A DNA stretch of 64,000 bases from contig JBHGNT010000002.1 of NCBI GenBank assembly GCA_043228905.1, forward strand, positions 16,616,001-16,680,000, read 5' to 3'. The stretch is from Azolla caroliniana. Lineage: Eukaryota; Plantae; Polypodiophyta. Both the position numbers and the translations under genes were made by a program. Every line of letters begins with the position of its first letter. Position 1 is the first letter of the stretch. Positions 1 to 13,157 of this stretch are shown in pieces. The notes under the pieces were generated by a model that was not told the DNA's origin, did not search any database, and worked only from the letters and a program-made list of their open reading frames with translations.

Positions 1-684
1 TTCTTACTCCATAGTAGCACGCCCATTTGCGTCTTTCGTTGCTATTGCGTAGCTCTCCGGCTCACGCACTTCCGCCACCTTGGTCATGTACACATAGGGA
101 TGTGCCATGTACTGATTGTATCCGTACCGTTTTACGGGGAGCTTTTGGCGGGTCGACTGGTGTAATTTCTCGGCAGCCAGTTTGAGGCCCTTCTTGGCTA
201 GTTTGGACTTCGTTTCTGAAGTTCCGCCTTCATCCTTTCCGGATTCATATTCCCTCCTATCTGACCCTTCACTACCGGTGTCGTATCCCCTTCTCTTTGC
301 ACGTGAACCGTCTCCTCGGTTCCTTGCACGAGGAGAGCACGAAAGACTCTCCACTACTCGCCGGTTCTTCATCCGATTGGTCATTCCGACTCAGGCCATC
401 GTTTAGGCCGCTCAACCAAAATGAGATCAGACTCTCTTCTAGAGTACAAAATTGCTCATCTTCTACTTGAAACTCTCCGGGTTCACTAGCCTCATCCTCT
501 GGAATCGGGTCTTTGTCGGTAGTTGAAGTCGGTAGAGAGTACCATGATGCTGACTCATCAAACTCGACATCTTGACTTAATCGAACCTGTTTAGTCCAGG
601 GTTTATAACACTTATTTCATGTGAGTAGCTAATGAGTATGCACTTCTTCGACTTCGGATCCAACTTCCTTCGCTTCTCATACGG

Positions 685-1294
685 CGTCGTAGTGTAATTC
701 GCACACTACGTGAAAATTTGCACTTTTGGTCTCTCCGGATAGGACATGGAGTACCCGGTGAGAACCGGAAGGAGGAACCGGTAAGGACCGGACCCAGTGA
801 GAACCAGATAAAGAAGGCCGGTGAGAGTCTCTCACCAGATGAAGAGACAAATTTGTAAATAAAATAAAAGATTGTTACATGCATAGGGAAAGATTCGAAC
901 CTTGCACCTCCATGTTTATAATGTAAAACCTTACCATTATACTAACATATCATTAGTGTGAAAAAAGTAAATGTCCCACATAGAAAGGCAAGTTCACGCT
1001 AGGATAAACTTTAGTTAGAAGAAAAAGTTACGCATGCACATGTAGCGTGCATGAACACCATAATCGATAAAAACGCATCAAGTTAGAAAAAGTAGGATCA
1101 CTTTAGAAAAAGCATTTTAGAGAAAGAATAGAGTCTATCTATAGAAAAAGCATGGATGGTTAAGACTCTCTCATCACTATATAAGGATGAGCACAATGTA
1201 ATAGGGGGGCGTATGAAATATTTGGAAATTGGATATTCGTGGGATTAACGAAATAAACTATACTCGTGGGATTCACGAGATTTCTATATTCTTC
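685..1294 (+). repeat. 5' LTR of gag-only element, 3'-truncated by a deletion that also removed the PBS
   Basis: Aligns with 3403-~4077, then jumps directly into gag-like sequence. Confidence 0.85.
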
Positions 1295-1308
1295 AACAGA
1301 AATTCAAC

Positions 1309-3402
1309 AGGCAATTCAACGGAAATGATGTGTCACACTATCTATGTGACTACAAGGCGGAGATGATGCGATGTGGGGTACCGGAAGGATTGCAAGTGAT
1401 ATCGTTCAATCGGGTGGCCACGGATGAGTTACAAGAGAGAATCCACAAGATACGGCAACAAAACCATACGTGGGGGACCTTTGAAGAAGCTTTACGAGAG
1501 GCATATGACTACGAGAGGTCGACGGGAAGAGATCGCCACGAGTTTGACCAATGGGTGGCATCGACAAAGACTCACCGAACAGCGACACTAGCATCCTTAG
1601 AGTTTGAGTATTGTTTTGCTCAACTCTCGGAGTGGGAACAAAGATCGATGGGGGTGGATAAAGTCCTAATGTTCGTAAGATCAATCAATCAAAAAGAAAG
1701 GATGGACATCGGGATCGAACTCGAAGACAATGACGGTGCGAATGGTCTTACCGAGGATTGGGCCGAAGTCGAAAGGGTATGTAGGAGACATGATGAGAGG
1801 AAGACGAGAATCTTGTCAATAGCAACATGGCCCATGAAGGATGGTAGATTGAGGAAAAACGATGTAGCCGATATGAAGGCCGAAATGCAATATGATGGGA
1901 CCACGTGAGAGAGTGTGGAACAAGACACCCTCTTGTCATGAGAAAGAACGACGACCAAGGATAAGGCCAATAAGCTAAGAGTGGCAAAAACCACTTCAAG
2001 TGTAGAAGAAGATTTCGGGATACGAGTGTCCAAAACATCGGATGAGAAAGAGGTAAGCATAATCGACGTTTGCATAATTGATGAAGTGAAAGAGTGCGAG
2101 GCGGACTTGATTGAGGAGGTCGCCATGAAAGATGACATCGAATCGGAGGTGGCTATAGACGAATCAATGGCGGATGGCCGTATGAAGACTTTCCCACCAC
2201 TAGTTATAGAGATTCCGGCGGTTGCGTTCGAAAGGCAACATGAGACCGAAGAGACGGAAGGTGGCGGAGAGAAAACGAAGGTCGAAGCCGATGTATACGA
2301 CTGAGAGATAGTCGAGAAGGTGGCTATGGGTGAAACAATGGAGGACGGTAATATAAAGGATTCCTGCCCACTAATTCTAGAGACTTTGGCGGTTGTGTCC
2401 AAGAACCAACGTGAGACCAGAGAGATGGGAGGTGGGAGCAAAGAATGTAAAGCCAGAAGTGGGTCCGGACGGAAGATGATCCAGCCGGAATTCCGATCTA
2501 AACGAAAGTTGAAGCAAGCGAAAGTGGATTCGGACAAAATCCGATTCGTCGAGTTCAACGCGGACGGAAATCATTCCAACCGGAAGCCGATTGGACGAGA
2601 CCGATCTGGAAAGAAGTGTCAAAAATCAAACCGGTCGAGACCGATGAAAACAAAGAAAAAAAAGCAAATTCAGACGGAAACCGATCGGTCGAAACCGAAC
2701 CGGAAGGAGACCGAATCGGTAAAAACAGGTCAACTGAGTCCGGTTTGGGTGAATACGAATTAGAATGGAAGTCGATTAAACCAAAAGATGATCAGGGGAG
2801 ACCGATCCGGAAAAAAGTCAAGGTTGCTAAAGATAAGGAAGAGGCCAAGTAAAGGCACTACCACAGACAACAAGGACCAAGTGGGGCAAGTGGATTTGAA
2901 GAGTGTTACCAAGGATGAGATCTTAACAAAGACGGTGAGCTCTAACATGAAGATTATCAACTCTAACGCGAGATGATATGACAAAGGTGAACAAAGTGGG
3001 AAGCATGGCACGTGCAAAAGACAAGAAGGGTTATGCTCAAGAGGATCACAAGGAGCCATGACAACCGGCCATGGAAATGCAAAGAGAGAACAAAGAATAT
3101 GGTGGATCGAATGACAAATGTGCTCAAAATGGAGAGACAAAATTGACATAGCAAGAGAAACGGAGGGGATTGCGAGTAAAGGAGAAATACGAGAGCCGGC
3201 AACCGGTAACCGGGCGGAGCAAGCAACTGAAAACCGAAAACCGGACGGAGCCGGCAACCGAACAAAACCGAAAACCGGGCGGAGCCAACAACCAAGCACG
3301 ATCGACGACGAAACCAACCGGGCAGAGACTGGACGAACAAGACTAACAATCATCGACAGCTTCGGCACATACCAGAGGATGTGCGGGTTCGGAGGGGGCG
3401 AG
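1309..3402 (+). pseudogene. Gag-like ORF with long acidic then basic tail, broken by nonsense codons only
   Basis: ORFs 1330-1908, 1981-2304, 2320-2763, 2788-2976 and 3118-3525 share one frame; N-terminus FNGNDVSHYL...W.TFEEALREAY is capsid-like; no PR/RT/IN motifs seen. Confidence 0.7.
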
Positions 3403-4275
3403 TGTCGTAGTGTAATTCGCACACTACGTGAAAAATTGCATTTTTGGTCTCTTCGGATAGGACATCGAGTACCCGGTGAGAACCGGAAGGAGGAACCGGT
3501 AAGGACCGGACCCGCTGAGAACTAGAAGGAGGAACCGGTAAGGACCAGACCCGGTGAGAACCGGATGAAGAAGGCCGATGAGAGTCTCTCACCGGATGAA
3601 GAGACAAATTTGTAAATAAAATAAAAGATTGTTAGATACATAGGACATGATTACCTTGCACCTCCATGTTTATAATGTAAAGCCTTACCATTACACTAAC
3701 ATATCATTAGTGTTAAAAAAGTAAATGTCCCACATAGAAAGGCAAGTTCACGCTAGGATAAACTTTAGTTAGAAGAAAAAGCTACGCATGCACATGTAGC
3801 GTGCATGAACACCATAATCGATAAAAACGCATCAAGTTAGAAAAAGTAGGATCACTTTAGAAAAAGCATGTTAGAGAAAGAATAGAGTCTATCTATAGAA
3901 AAAGCATGGATGGTTAAGACTCTCTCATCACTATATAAGGATGAGGAGCACAATGTAATAGGGGGGGTGTGAAATATTTGGAAATTGGATATATTTCTAA
4001 AAGAAACCAATTAATATATTCGTGGGATTCACGAAATAAACTATACTTATGGGATTCACGAGATTTCTATATTCTTCTCTTTTAATCCAAATTCATATTC
4101 TTCTCTTAATATTGAGAAATCTAATACAATAGACTCGGGATTCACAAGGTTTTTATATCTCTTTCTTAAAATCTATTTATATTCTAATTAGTCTCAAATT
4201 TTTCTTCCTCCTAGTCCAAAACCCCAACGGTTGCCACCCGACTCACGCAATGATTCGGAGCCGGAAGGCACGACA
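3403..4275 (+). repeat. 3' LTR of gag-only element
   Basis: TGTCGT...ACGACA, follows PPT, TATA-like CTATATAAGG near 3931. Confidence 0.9.
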
Positions 4276-4916
4276 ACAGTACATGCACATATGCTATGGT
4301 ACCGAATATCTGAAGGTGTCTCAAATTCGGCTTCCGCTGGAAATACAGTTCATGTGCTGACACCTTATCTCCGATCCGGTTTTGGATGTAGACGACCATC
4401 CGGATCACCTCAACCTAGTAGAACCTAGGCATGCTTTTCTCCTCTAGCATTGCCCTTGTCGCCTCAATAATCGACCAATTCTTTCTCTCGGCTACACCGT
4501 TTTGTTCTGGTGTGTATCAGTAGTTGAATTCTCTCCAAATTCCTTTCTGCTACAGATAAATGTTCCATTGGCCGGAAAAGTATTCATTTCCACGATCCGA
4601 CGGTAGGTACTTGATCTTTCTTTCTGTTTCCCTCTTGACTAGGCTTTGTAGGTTCCGAAAACAGTTTATGACTTCACTTTTCCTCTCAATGAGGTAGATC
4701 CATGTGTGCCGGCTGAAGTCGTCGATGAAGGAGACGAAATACCGACTCTCGCCAATCCCCATACATCTGAATGGATTAAGTCGAGCTTGTTACGGCTCTG
4801 GTTTGTTCGGTGGAGAATGGAAGCCAATGTTCTTCCCGAGTTGGCAGGCTTCACATATTTGGGCCTCTGGGGCACTGAATTTCGGCAATCCGAGAACAAC
4901 TTGTTTCGATTGCAGG

Positions 4917-5389
4917 TGTTAGAACCAAGAGAAAAGATAGAGTGGCGGAAGAATGATGGAAAGAGATCACAAGAAGAGAAGAATGAAGTGATAAGAGATG
5001 AATGAATGTATTAATAAGATAGAATGAAGATGGATACAAGATAGGCGATGAAAGCTTAAGACTGGTGTTGATTCGAATTGGTTTGAGAAGAATTATATGT
5101 CCATATTTATAGGTCTATAATGTTCTAGAATGTTCTAAACCGAGAATATTCTAAGAAGTTCTAGGATATTCTAGAATGTTCTAGACCTAGAATATTCTAA
5201 GATGTTCTAAGATATTCTAGAATGTTCAAGAATATTCTAGAACATTTAGAATAGTCAGTCTATTACAAGAAGTAGCTTTTATTATTTCATATGATCATAT
5301 GCTATCTTAATGGTTAGGTTCTTGATTATGTATTACAAGGTCTTGGGTTCAAGCCCAAGTGAAGCCATGAGGCTTATGTATTCATGACA
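4917..5389 (-). repeat. 3' LTR of chromovirus; contains ~10-bp TTCTAGAATR tandem repeats
   Basis: TG...CA; PPT-like AGAATGGGAGATAG on the minus strand directly before it; matches 10185-10620. Confidence 0.9.
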
Positions 5390-5399
5390 CTATCTCCCA

Positions 5400-8300
5400 T
5401 TCTAGAACGACGAGTTTGTTTGGATAACGGCGATAGAAGTCTTTGACAAGAGCTTGAGCATTAGAAACAATATTGAAGATTTCTCAAGTGCGATCACTTG
5501 GAGGATGACCTACCCAATCAACCAGATAATAGAGCTTATTTCGCACAATCTTTGAATCGAGAATAGCAGCTACCTCGTATTCAGGGCCATCAACAAGTTG
5601 GACAGAGGGAGGAGGTGGCACGACACGATTAGGAATGACAGAGGTGCGACAAGGTTCCAGAAGAGAGCTATGAAAGACTGGGTGAAGCCACATGTGTGCT
5701 GGAAGATTAAAATGAAAGGTGGCATCATTAATACGCGTAGTGATGAGAAAAGGACCTAAGCGCTGATAATCGAGCTTCTCACATGGCCGGGTAGTCTTGA
5801 TGTGCTGACGAGGCAACCATACTTGGTCACCAACCTTAAAAGGAGACTTAAGACGATGGCGATCGGCGTTGGTCTTATGTTGTGCTTGAGCTGTCTGAAG
5901 ATGTGAAGATAACGCTAATTGAATTCGATGTAGTCGATGAAGATGATGCTCAGCACGAGGGTTTCAAGCGACCTTGCAAAGATCCATGACACACCATCGA
6001 GGATGGTTGCCGGTGTACGCAAAGAAAGGTGTAACCTTGGTAGAAGAGTGTACTGTGTTATTGTATGCAAACTCAGCGAGATGTAGAATATTACTCCAAT
6101 CATCTTGTTGATAACTGATGAAGCATCGAAGATATTGCTCGAGCGTTTGATTCATGCGCTCTGTTTGTCCATTAGTTTGTGGATGATACGCCGAAGAGAG
6201 TTTGCAGGATATTTTGAGGCCTACCAATAGGTGCTTCCAAAAGTGAGAGATAAATTGAGGACCATGATCAGTAATTATATCATCTGGAAGACCATGATGG
6301 CAAAATACTTCACGCATAACAATATCTGCGGTTTTCTGACTACTAATGCTCTTTACGCATGGTAAAAAATGTATCATCTTGGTAAACCGATCCACTACTA
6401 TTAAAATAGTATCAAATCCTTGTGAAGGTGGTAGATTTGTAATGAAATCCATAGAAATAGATTGTCATGGCTTGGTTGGAGGTTGTAACAAGCCATAAGG
6501 ATGATGCCTGGGTATTTTGGCTTGACAACAGGTGTCACATGTACGAACATAATCTTCAACAAATTTTTGCAAATGAGGCCACCAAAATGAGCGGTTCACC
6601 AACTCCATGGTCTTGGCAATATCAAAATGTCCAGCCATAGGGGCATCATGACAATGCTCTAATACTTGAAGGCGAGGTGATCCATCAGGGATGTAAAGGA
6701 GATTCTTGTAAAACAGTAAGCCATCTTGCCACTTGAATTCCTAATAATGTTGACTCAGAGATGAACCTTGCATTGTCACGCAAGATGCATGGCTTGGACT
6801 AATGTGGGCTGAGACATCCCTAGCGAAATCATCAGAGTGAAGTTGTTGCCAAATAGTATCAACAAGGCGTGAATCTAATGGCATGGCATAAACTATTGTT
6901 GCTTGTAGCTTTGATGGTCCTTGCAAAATTTGCTTTTGGTTGTTGAAGGCCGAATCTCCAGGTTGAGGTGCGAGATATGAACGTTGAGATAGAGCATTTG
7001 GCTTCCCTTGTTGCTTCCTAGGGCAGAAAACGATCTTGAAATCAAAACGAGTTAGAAACTGTGCCCACCGAGCTTGTCTCCTATTTAACACTCGAGCCGT
7101 TTAAAAATACGTAAGTTTTTTTTTATCACCAGAAATGATGATTTGATGAGGCGATCCTTCCAAGAAATGTCGACATTGCTCGAAAGAGTCAACCACAGCT
7201 AGTAACTCCTTGTCATGCACCTCATAGTTTATCTCCACGGTAGTAAATTTTCTCTAGTGAAACGCGACTGGATGGGACTGCCCGTCCTTGCCTGGTTGGG
7301 ATAGGATACTCCCCAATGCAAACTCTGGCGCATCTGCTTCAATGGTAAATGGCTTTTCGGGATCAATATCTGCTAATATAGGAGCTGATGTGAATGCCTC
7401 TTTGAGCTGAGTAAAGGCTGTGTCTGCTTCAATAGTCCAAACAAACGCTTGATTCTTCTTGGTGAGTTGGGTGAGAGGCAACACGATCTTTGAATAATTC
7501 TGTATGAATTTGCGATAAAAGTTAGCAAATCCGAGGAAGCATTGGACATCTCGAACAGAACGTGGGGGTCGTCATTCCAATATTGTTTTGACTTTTGCTA
7601 GATCCATGAAGATACCCTTAGATGAAATAGTATAACCTAAGAATTCGACTTGTTCGCTGTCAAAACTGCACTTCTCAAGTTTAGCATATAGACCATACTT
7701 TCTTAAGCATTCAAGTACTTTCTGGACAGGTATATCATGCTCCTCCTGTGTTTTAGAGTAAATCAATAGATCATCTAAATAGATTATGATAAAGATATTC
7801 AGAAAATCCCAGAAAATGTCATTTGCCATATGTTGGAAAACTGCGGGTGCATTTGTGAGCCCAAAAGGCATGATTGTATACTCGAAATGACCATAGCGAG
7901 TGCGAAATGCCGTTTTCCACTCATCTCCCAGTCGAATGCAAACAAGATTATATGCACCCCTTAAATCAATCTTTGTAAAATGTTTTGCCCCACCAATGCG
8001 CTCTAAAAGACTGGAGATTAAAGGAAGAGCATACCTATTTCTTATGGTGACTTTGTATAATCCCCAATAGTCCACGACCAAACGAATCGACCCGTCCTTT
8101 TTCTTCACAAAAAATATAGGAGCACCGACTGGAGACTTTGAATGTCAAATAAACCCATGTGCAAGATTCTCCTCGATGTATTCTCGAAGAACCTCAAGCT
8201 CAGTTGGTGACAGATTGTAGATCGGACCCCACGATGGCTCTTTTCCTGGTTGGAGGTCAATGGGACAATCGTACAACCAATGCTTTGGAAGTACACTAGC

Positions 8301-8930
8301 TTTGACATTGTCGAAAACATCAACATATTCTTGATATTTTTCGGGAATTTGGATGTCTTAATTCCCTTGAGTGGCACTAGAAGGTGTCACTAATATTGCA
8401 AACAAGAAAAGTTCCTCCTTTCATCCCATTAGGAACATTTGTTGCAATGTGATAGTTGAGATTTGGTGAGAAGGAGATGGTGCATTGGTAGAACTATATT
8501 CTTTAAGGGAGTAGTCCTAGGTTCAATCCTTAGCAATGATGTTTTCTGCAGAAGGGCACCAAATTTCTCGCCTCCAATCAATTCGTTGGTTATGTAGCTC
8601 GAACCATGGCAAACCAAGGACAATTGGATGCTTGGGGCTACGAATTATATTAAAGGAAACTACACATCCTAAATCACCTAAGAGTATGTGTATTGGCTCA
8701 GACTCTTTGGAAATCTTCCCGAAAGCTATGGGACGTCCATCAATCACTACTACGGAAACTGGGCAAGTGTATGCAAGAATATTTTATGTTTTTGGGCAAA
8801 ATCTCTATCTATGAAACGAGAATTGGCTCCGGTATCTAAGAGGGCTTGGAAGTGAAGTTGGCAACTCGGAAATGGAACCTACACTCGGTTGTACAGAGCT
8901 AGGGTTGTCCAACCAAATGGCTCCTATTTT
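5400..8930 (-). pseudogene. pol: Chromovirus pol (PR-RT-RH-IN-chromodomain), multiple stops and frameshifts
   Basis: ORF fragments 8523-8747, 7572-8108, 7254-7484, 6741-7091, 5964-6452, 5484-5816 in gypsy domain order. Confidence 0.9.
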
Positions 8931-8938
8931 GGACGGAC

Positions 8939-10093
8939 TTATTCGTTTGACTCCTCTTCTAATTGGCTTAGGAATTCAAACTTATTGGACAAGGGTGGAT
9001 TATTCAGAATATTAGAATCACTAAGTGCTTCTAAAATGTTGGACTCATTTTTATTGTCATAGTGAATGGCTATGTGTCTTGGCCTATGGGAGCAATGAAT
9101 GGCTATGTGTCTTGGACCTCCGCAATATAAGCACAGACGGTTTGCTCGGTGTTGTTGCTTCTCTTCTTTTGACAATGGTCCTCGACGTTGGGTCATATCG
9201 ATCTCCATGGGCATCGGCCTATCCATTGGGGCCGGGCTACGTGTTTGCCTTGGGGTTGGAGCAAGGCTATACGTTTGCCTTGGAGATGATTGCACCGTTA
9301 CTCATGCATAAGTTGGTGTGTATCTTGATCTTGTTATTTGTTGTTGTCTCTCACATCGACGCTCAAAAAGACGATTATCACACCGTATTGCTCGACTAAT
9401 AGCTTATGTAAGTAATTTTGGATCCTCGGGGAAGGTAAGAAGTAAGTCCTTCACATCACTACGAAGACCGGAACGCAATTGCTCCATTAGGACTTGTTCA
9501 TCCCAAGGAATATCACTTGCGATGAGATGAAAATTAGCTGCATATGTCGAGGCTGGTTGATCACCTTGACGTAGTGTATGAATCTTATTGATTGCCATTC
9601 TTGCCCCATTTGTATCTCCGAAGCAAGCCTTAAATTCTTTGACAAACTCCTCGAAATTATGTAGTAGAGGAGAATTTGTCTCTAGTAACGGAGCAAACCA
9701 TGACAATGCTATGCCACTCAATAAGTTGCCCACTAACCCGACTCATGATGCATCTGTCGGATAACGTGTGGGATGCATTTGGATTACTAACCGCACTTGA
9801 TTCAAGAAGCCTCGGAAATGCTCCCTCGAACCATCAAATTTAGCCGGGAGACTGATTTTGGGCTCCTTAATACTTCCTTGACCTTCGACCCTTTGTTGTT
9901 GTAAAATTACAATTGTCGATTCTAATTGTTGCACCCATCGCGTAAACTCTTCTTCTTGTTGCTTCTCCACAATAACCTTTTGTAGATCCCCAAGAAGTCG
10001 TAGATTCTCTAATTCGAGAGATGCGAACTTGGATTTAAGATTCTACATTTCTGCAACAAGGGTGAGATATTCTTATCAGTTGATGATAGCCAT
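8939..10093 (-). pseudogene. gag: Chromovirus gag with CCHC knuckle
   Basis: ORF pieces 9743-9970, 9404-9733, 8939-9295; ATG at 10093. Confidence 0.85.
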
Positions 10094-10104
10094 GGTTTCG
10101 TGAT

Positions 10105-10115
10105 GGGGGGGGGGG

Positions 10116-10170
<55 letters not shown>
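10105..10170. repeat. Poly-G plus (GA)n microsatellite in chromovirus 5' UTR
   Basis: Directly visible. Confidence 0.95.
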
Positions 10171-10175
<5 letters not shown>

Positions 10176-10182
10176 GAATCAA
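10171..10182 (-). promoter_or_regulatory. Putative self-priming PBS (TTGATTCGAATT)
   Basis: Lies 2 nt from the 5' LTR end; 12/12 complementary to LTR positions 10336-10347, about 32 nt downstream of the TATAAATA start. Confidence 0.8.
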
Positions 10183-10184
10183 AC

Positions 10185-10620
10185 TATCAGAACCAAGAGA
10201 AAAGATAGAGTGGCGGAAGAATGATGGAAAGAGATCACAAGAAGAGAAGAATGAAGTGATAAGAGATGAATGAATGTATTAATAAGATAAAACGAAGATG
10301 GATACAAGATAGATGATGAAAGCTTAAGACTGGTGTTGATTCGAATTGGTTTGAGAAGAATTATATGTCCATATTTATAGGTCTATATTGTTCTAGACCT
10401 AGAATATTCTAAGAAGTTCTAGGATATTCTAGAATGTTCTGGACCTAGAATATTCTAAGATGTTCTAGGATATTCTAGAATGTTCTAGAATGTTCCAGAA
10501 CATTTAGAATAGGCACTCTATTACAAGAAGTAGCTTTTATTATTTCATATGATCATATGCTATCTTAATGGTCTTGGGTTTAATCACAAGTGAAGCCATG
10601 AGGCTTATGTATTCATGATA
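10185..10620 (-). repeat. 5' LTR of chromovirus
   Basis: Matches 4917-5389 with small indels; both termini show transition decay. Confidence 0.9.
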
Positions 10621-12180
10621 GGAGGTCTTGAAGTCTCCGGTAGTTGATGTGGCCGATGCACTTGTGCTAGAGATCGATGTCCAATTCAGTCTTCTGTCCT
10701 TTGGCAAACAAGGCAATGCCTACATCATTGGTGTTGAGGATGAACATCCTCCTGTGTCTGCGCCCTTGCGTGATTATCTGGCCTTCTTCCTCAATGAAGC
10801 ACCCAAGGTGTATAAACCGCACCTGCATTCCCTGGTCGATGATTTGTCCAACCGACACCAGGTTCTTTGTGATTGTCGGAACATGAAGTACGTTCATCAG
10901 CTTTCCCTTTTGTCCAACATGGCTTAAAGGGACTTCTCCAACATGCACAATTAGGTGAGGGGTGTCGTCTCTGGTTTCGAAAATTCCCAGTTCTTCCGGT
11001 TTTTCTAAAATCGAGAATCACTCTTCATGGCTTGTCATGTGATTAGATGCTCCGGAATCAATGTACCACACTTCCTCCGATCCGGAAATGGTCTTCTTCA
11101 TCAAGTTCCCCTTGTGCTTCATCACAAAGGTTGGCCCTTTACCGGTCTTCCCAGTTCCGGATCCTTCTGATCCTTCTGCTTAGTACGAGCTTTTCCAGTT
11201 TCCCTGTCCGGCCTTGCCGGATCCAGATTTGTCCGAATCGGTGCGCTTCTTCCAACACTCGTTTTCTCTGTGGACTTTCTTGCCACAATACCAACATTAC
11301 GTGTCGGCCTTCCCTTGCCGGTTTCCGACGCCTTTTTGACTCCCGCTACTCGTGGAGGGTCTGAAATTGTTGTCAACACTATCTTGGTGCCTTCCATTCT
11401 GCTCTTGCCGAACGCCTCCATTGTGTGCCGACCCACCTCATCCTCCACGCCCACGAGGCCAGTCCGCCTCCGTGTACAACATCTGATTGTCCGGTTGAGT
11501 GGTCCTCGACCCACTCGCGTGGTTTACTTTGACCATCAACATCGATTGCAGGTTGACGAAGGACGATGGCTTCTCCTAGGTGCAAATCACCATCCGGATT
11601 GGCCTGTACCGTTGTGCTAGACCACCAAGGCAGATTTGTACCATTTCGTCTGTGTCCATCATCACATTGATGGATCCGAGCATGTCACAAATCTCCTTTA
11701 TTTTGGTGGTGTACGTTGTAACCGACATATATCTATGTCGGATGTTGTTTAGCTCTTGGCGGAGCTGCAACTTACGGGTTGTGGTACTTGCGGCGAAAAT
11801 CTTCCGAAGATTTTCCCAGGCCTCCTTCGATGTTTTTGCATCCTTGATGTAGCTGAGCATTTGATCGAGCACACAGGATGCGAGGCAATACAACACTCTG
11901 CTCTCTCCTTGTTCGCATGCCGCGAAGTCCTTGTGTGCCGGCTCCGGCACTACATTGTTTGGTCCTTCCACATAGCTCCAATAACCATGCCCCAGTAGGT
12001 ACTGGTGCATTTTATATGACTAGGATGCATAGTTGCTCCGGTTGAGCTTTTTTGTGGGAGGCGAACTTATCATACCTTTGTCCATCTTGGTTATCTTCTC
12101 CTCTTCACCTGGTGTTAGGGTTTTTCTTCGAAAGCGTATGCCGGCTGCAGAGGAGTCTCAACTCTCGCGCTCTAATACCA

Positions 12181-12560
12181 TGTTAAAGTTAATATGCAGA
12201 AGCATATGACAAACCGACTCAGCGGGATACCAATTAAACGTAGAGAAGAAGGTTTAATGCAGACCTTACACAGAGAATACACGGGAGAGACAAAGAGAAC
12301 AAAACATAAACTCAATTAAAAAATAATAATGCTCTTTACATAGAATGTGCTTAGAGAGCACTTTTATACAAGTCCATAAAGGACTGACAGGTACTACAAT
12401 GCTCATACGAACGACTAACACTAACTGCCAAAAGTATGCCTACATTCTAGGTTGGATTTGTAGGCCTCTAACGGCCTACCAATTTCAATCCGATCCGGCT
12501 CCTAGTTCCGGATATCATCGAGACACCAATCCGGATTCGGTTGAGCTTGCTCGCTCAACA
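12181..12560 (-). repeat. 5' LTR of copia-A element, with adjacent tRNA-iMet PBS (12169-12180)
   Basis: TG...CA ends; PBS reads TGGTATTAGAGC on the minus strand; similar to LTRs at 45400 and 50738. Confidence 0.85.
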
Positions 12561-13157
12561 CATATTCACATTTAAAAGCACAAATGCATAAGATAAGGCA
12601 TTGTTATACTCAAAGCTATCTCAAGCTCTTTTTGGATAAGAGATCCATCAATGGTCAAACCACGAGGGTGCACAAGATGGAGAACTATACAATATGTATA
12701 TGTATGGCCAAGGGCAAAGTTCTCAAAGATACCAATCACATCCAATTCCATTGTTTAACTTCTCCGGCTTCAACATCAATGTGTCTTAAGAATTCCATAT
12801 TGAGAAGCTATTGTTTGTAGAGAGAGGGATAATTAGATCAACCAATTATTAATGCATTCTTGGTGTAGTAGGAATGAAAAATATGAAATGATGGATACAT
12901 TCTACTATGGCTTTGAAGTGCAAGGGAGCGAGTCAGGTTGACAAGATAAAGATTTATGTGTGGAAGAGATTATTGTGTTCCTTGTCAATGCCATAGTACC
13001 TACCCTCTATTGAAAGTTTTTCAAGCTATTTGTTATCAATATATGCAATTACTTATTTGTGTTCAACTATAGTACACACTTAAATTACAAGCTAATATGA
13101 GTTGTTGGAAAATCTTGTTTGTTGCAAAAAATGCGATAGTAGGTGATGAGTACTTAC

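Larger units (their letters stand above)
685..4275 (+). mobile_element. Non-autonomous gag-only LTR retroelement (TR-GAG-like, probably gypsy-derived), 4-bp TSD ACGG/ACAG
   Basis: Direct repeats 685-~1294 (truncated) and 3403-4275; termini (T)GTCGT...ACGACA; PPT GGAGGGGGCGAG at 3391-3402; removing the element plus 4 bp restores the host copia frame YVHVP-YEK. Confidence 0.85.
4917..10620 (-). mobile_element. Ty3/gypsy chromovirus (Tcn1-like), full length but degenerate; TSD GCAGG/GGAGG
   Basis: LTRs 4917-5389 and 10185-10620; gag (PAKFDG, CLYCGGPRHIAIHC), PR (VLGLPW), RT (YLDD), RH (LNRRQARW), IN (HPQTNGQTER), chromodomain (EYEVAAILDS...YLVDW). Confidence 0.93.
1..12560 (-). mobile_element. 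Ty1/copia element (copia-A family), degenerate, 3' part outside window; interrupted by two nested insertions (685-4275, 4917-10620)
   Basis: Gag (MHQYLLGHGYWSYVEG, 11576-12010), protease/GAG-pre-integrase (10650-11070), integrase pieces (4280-4916, LIHSDVWG, SFIDDFSRHTW) and RT-proximal linker (EPESYA, 4-384) are collinear on the minus strand; Met-i PBS and LTR at the right end. Confidence 0.9.

Noticed and set aside
1689-3422. Long antisense ORFs here and over the copia copies
   Set aside because: Shadows of purine-rich sense frames; no motifs.
13100-13157. GLR M2 coding continuing right after exon 2 (YSSPTIAFFA)
   Set aside because: In-frame TAA and a perfect GTAAGT donor; resemblance to the M2 motif is weak.
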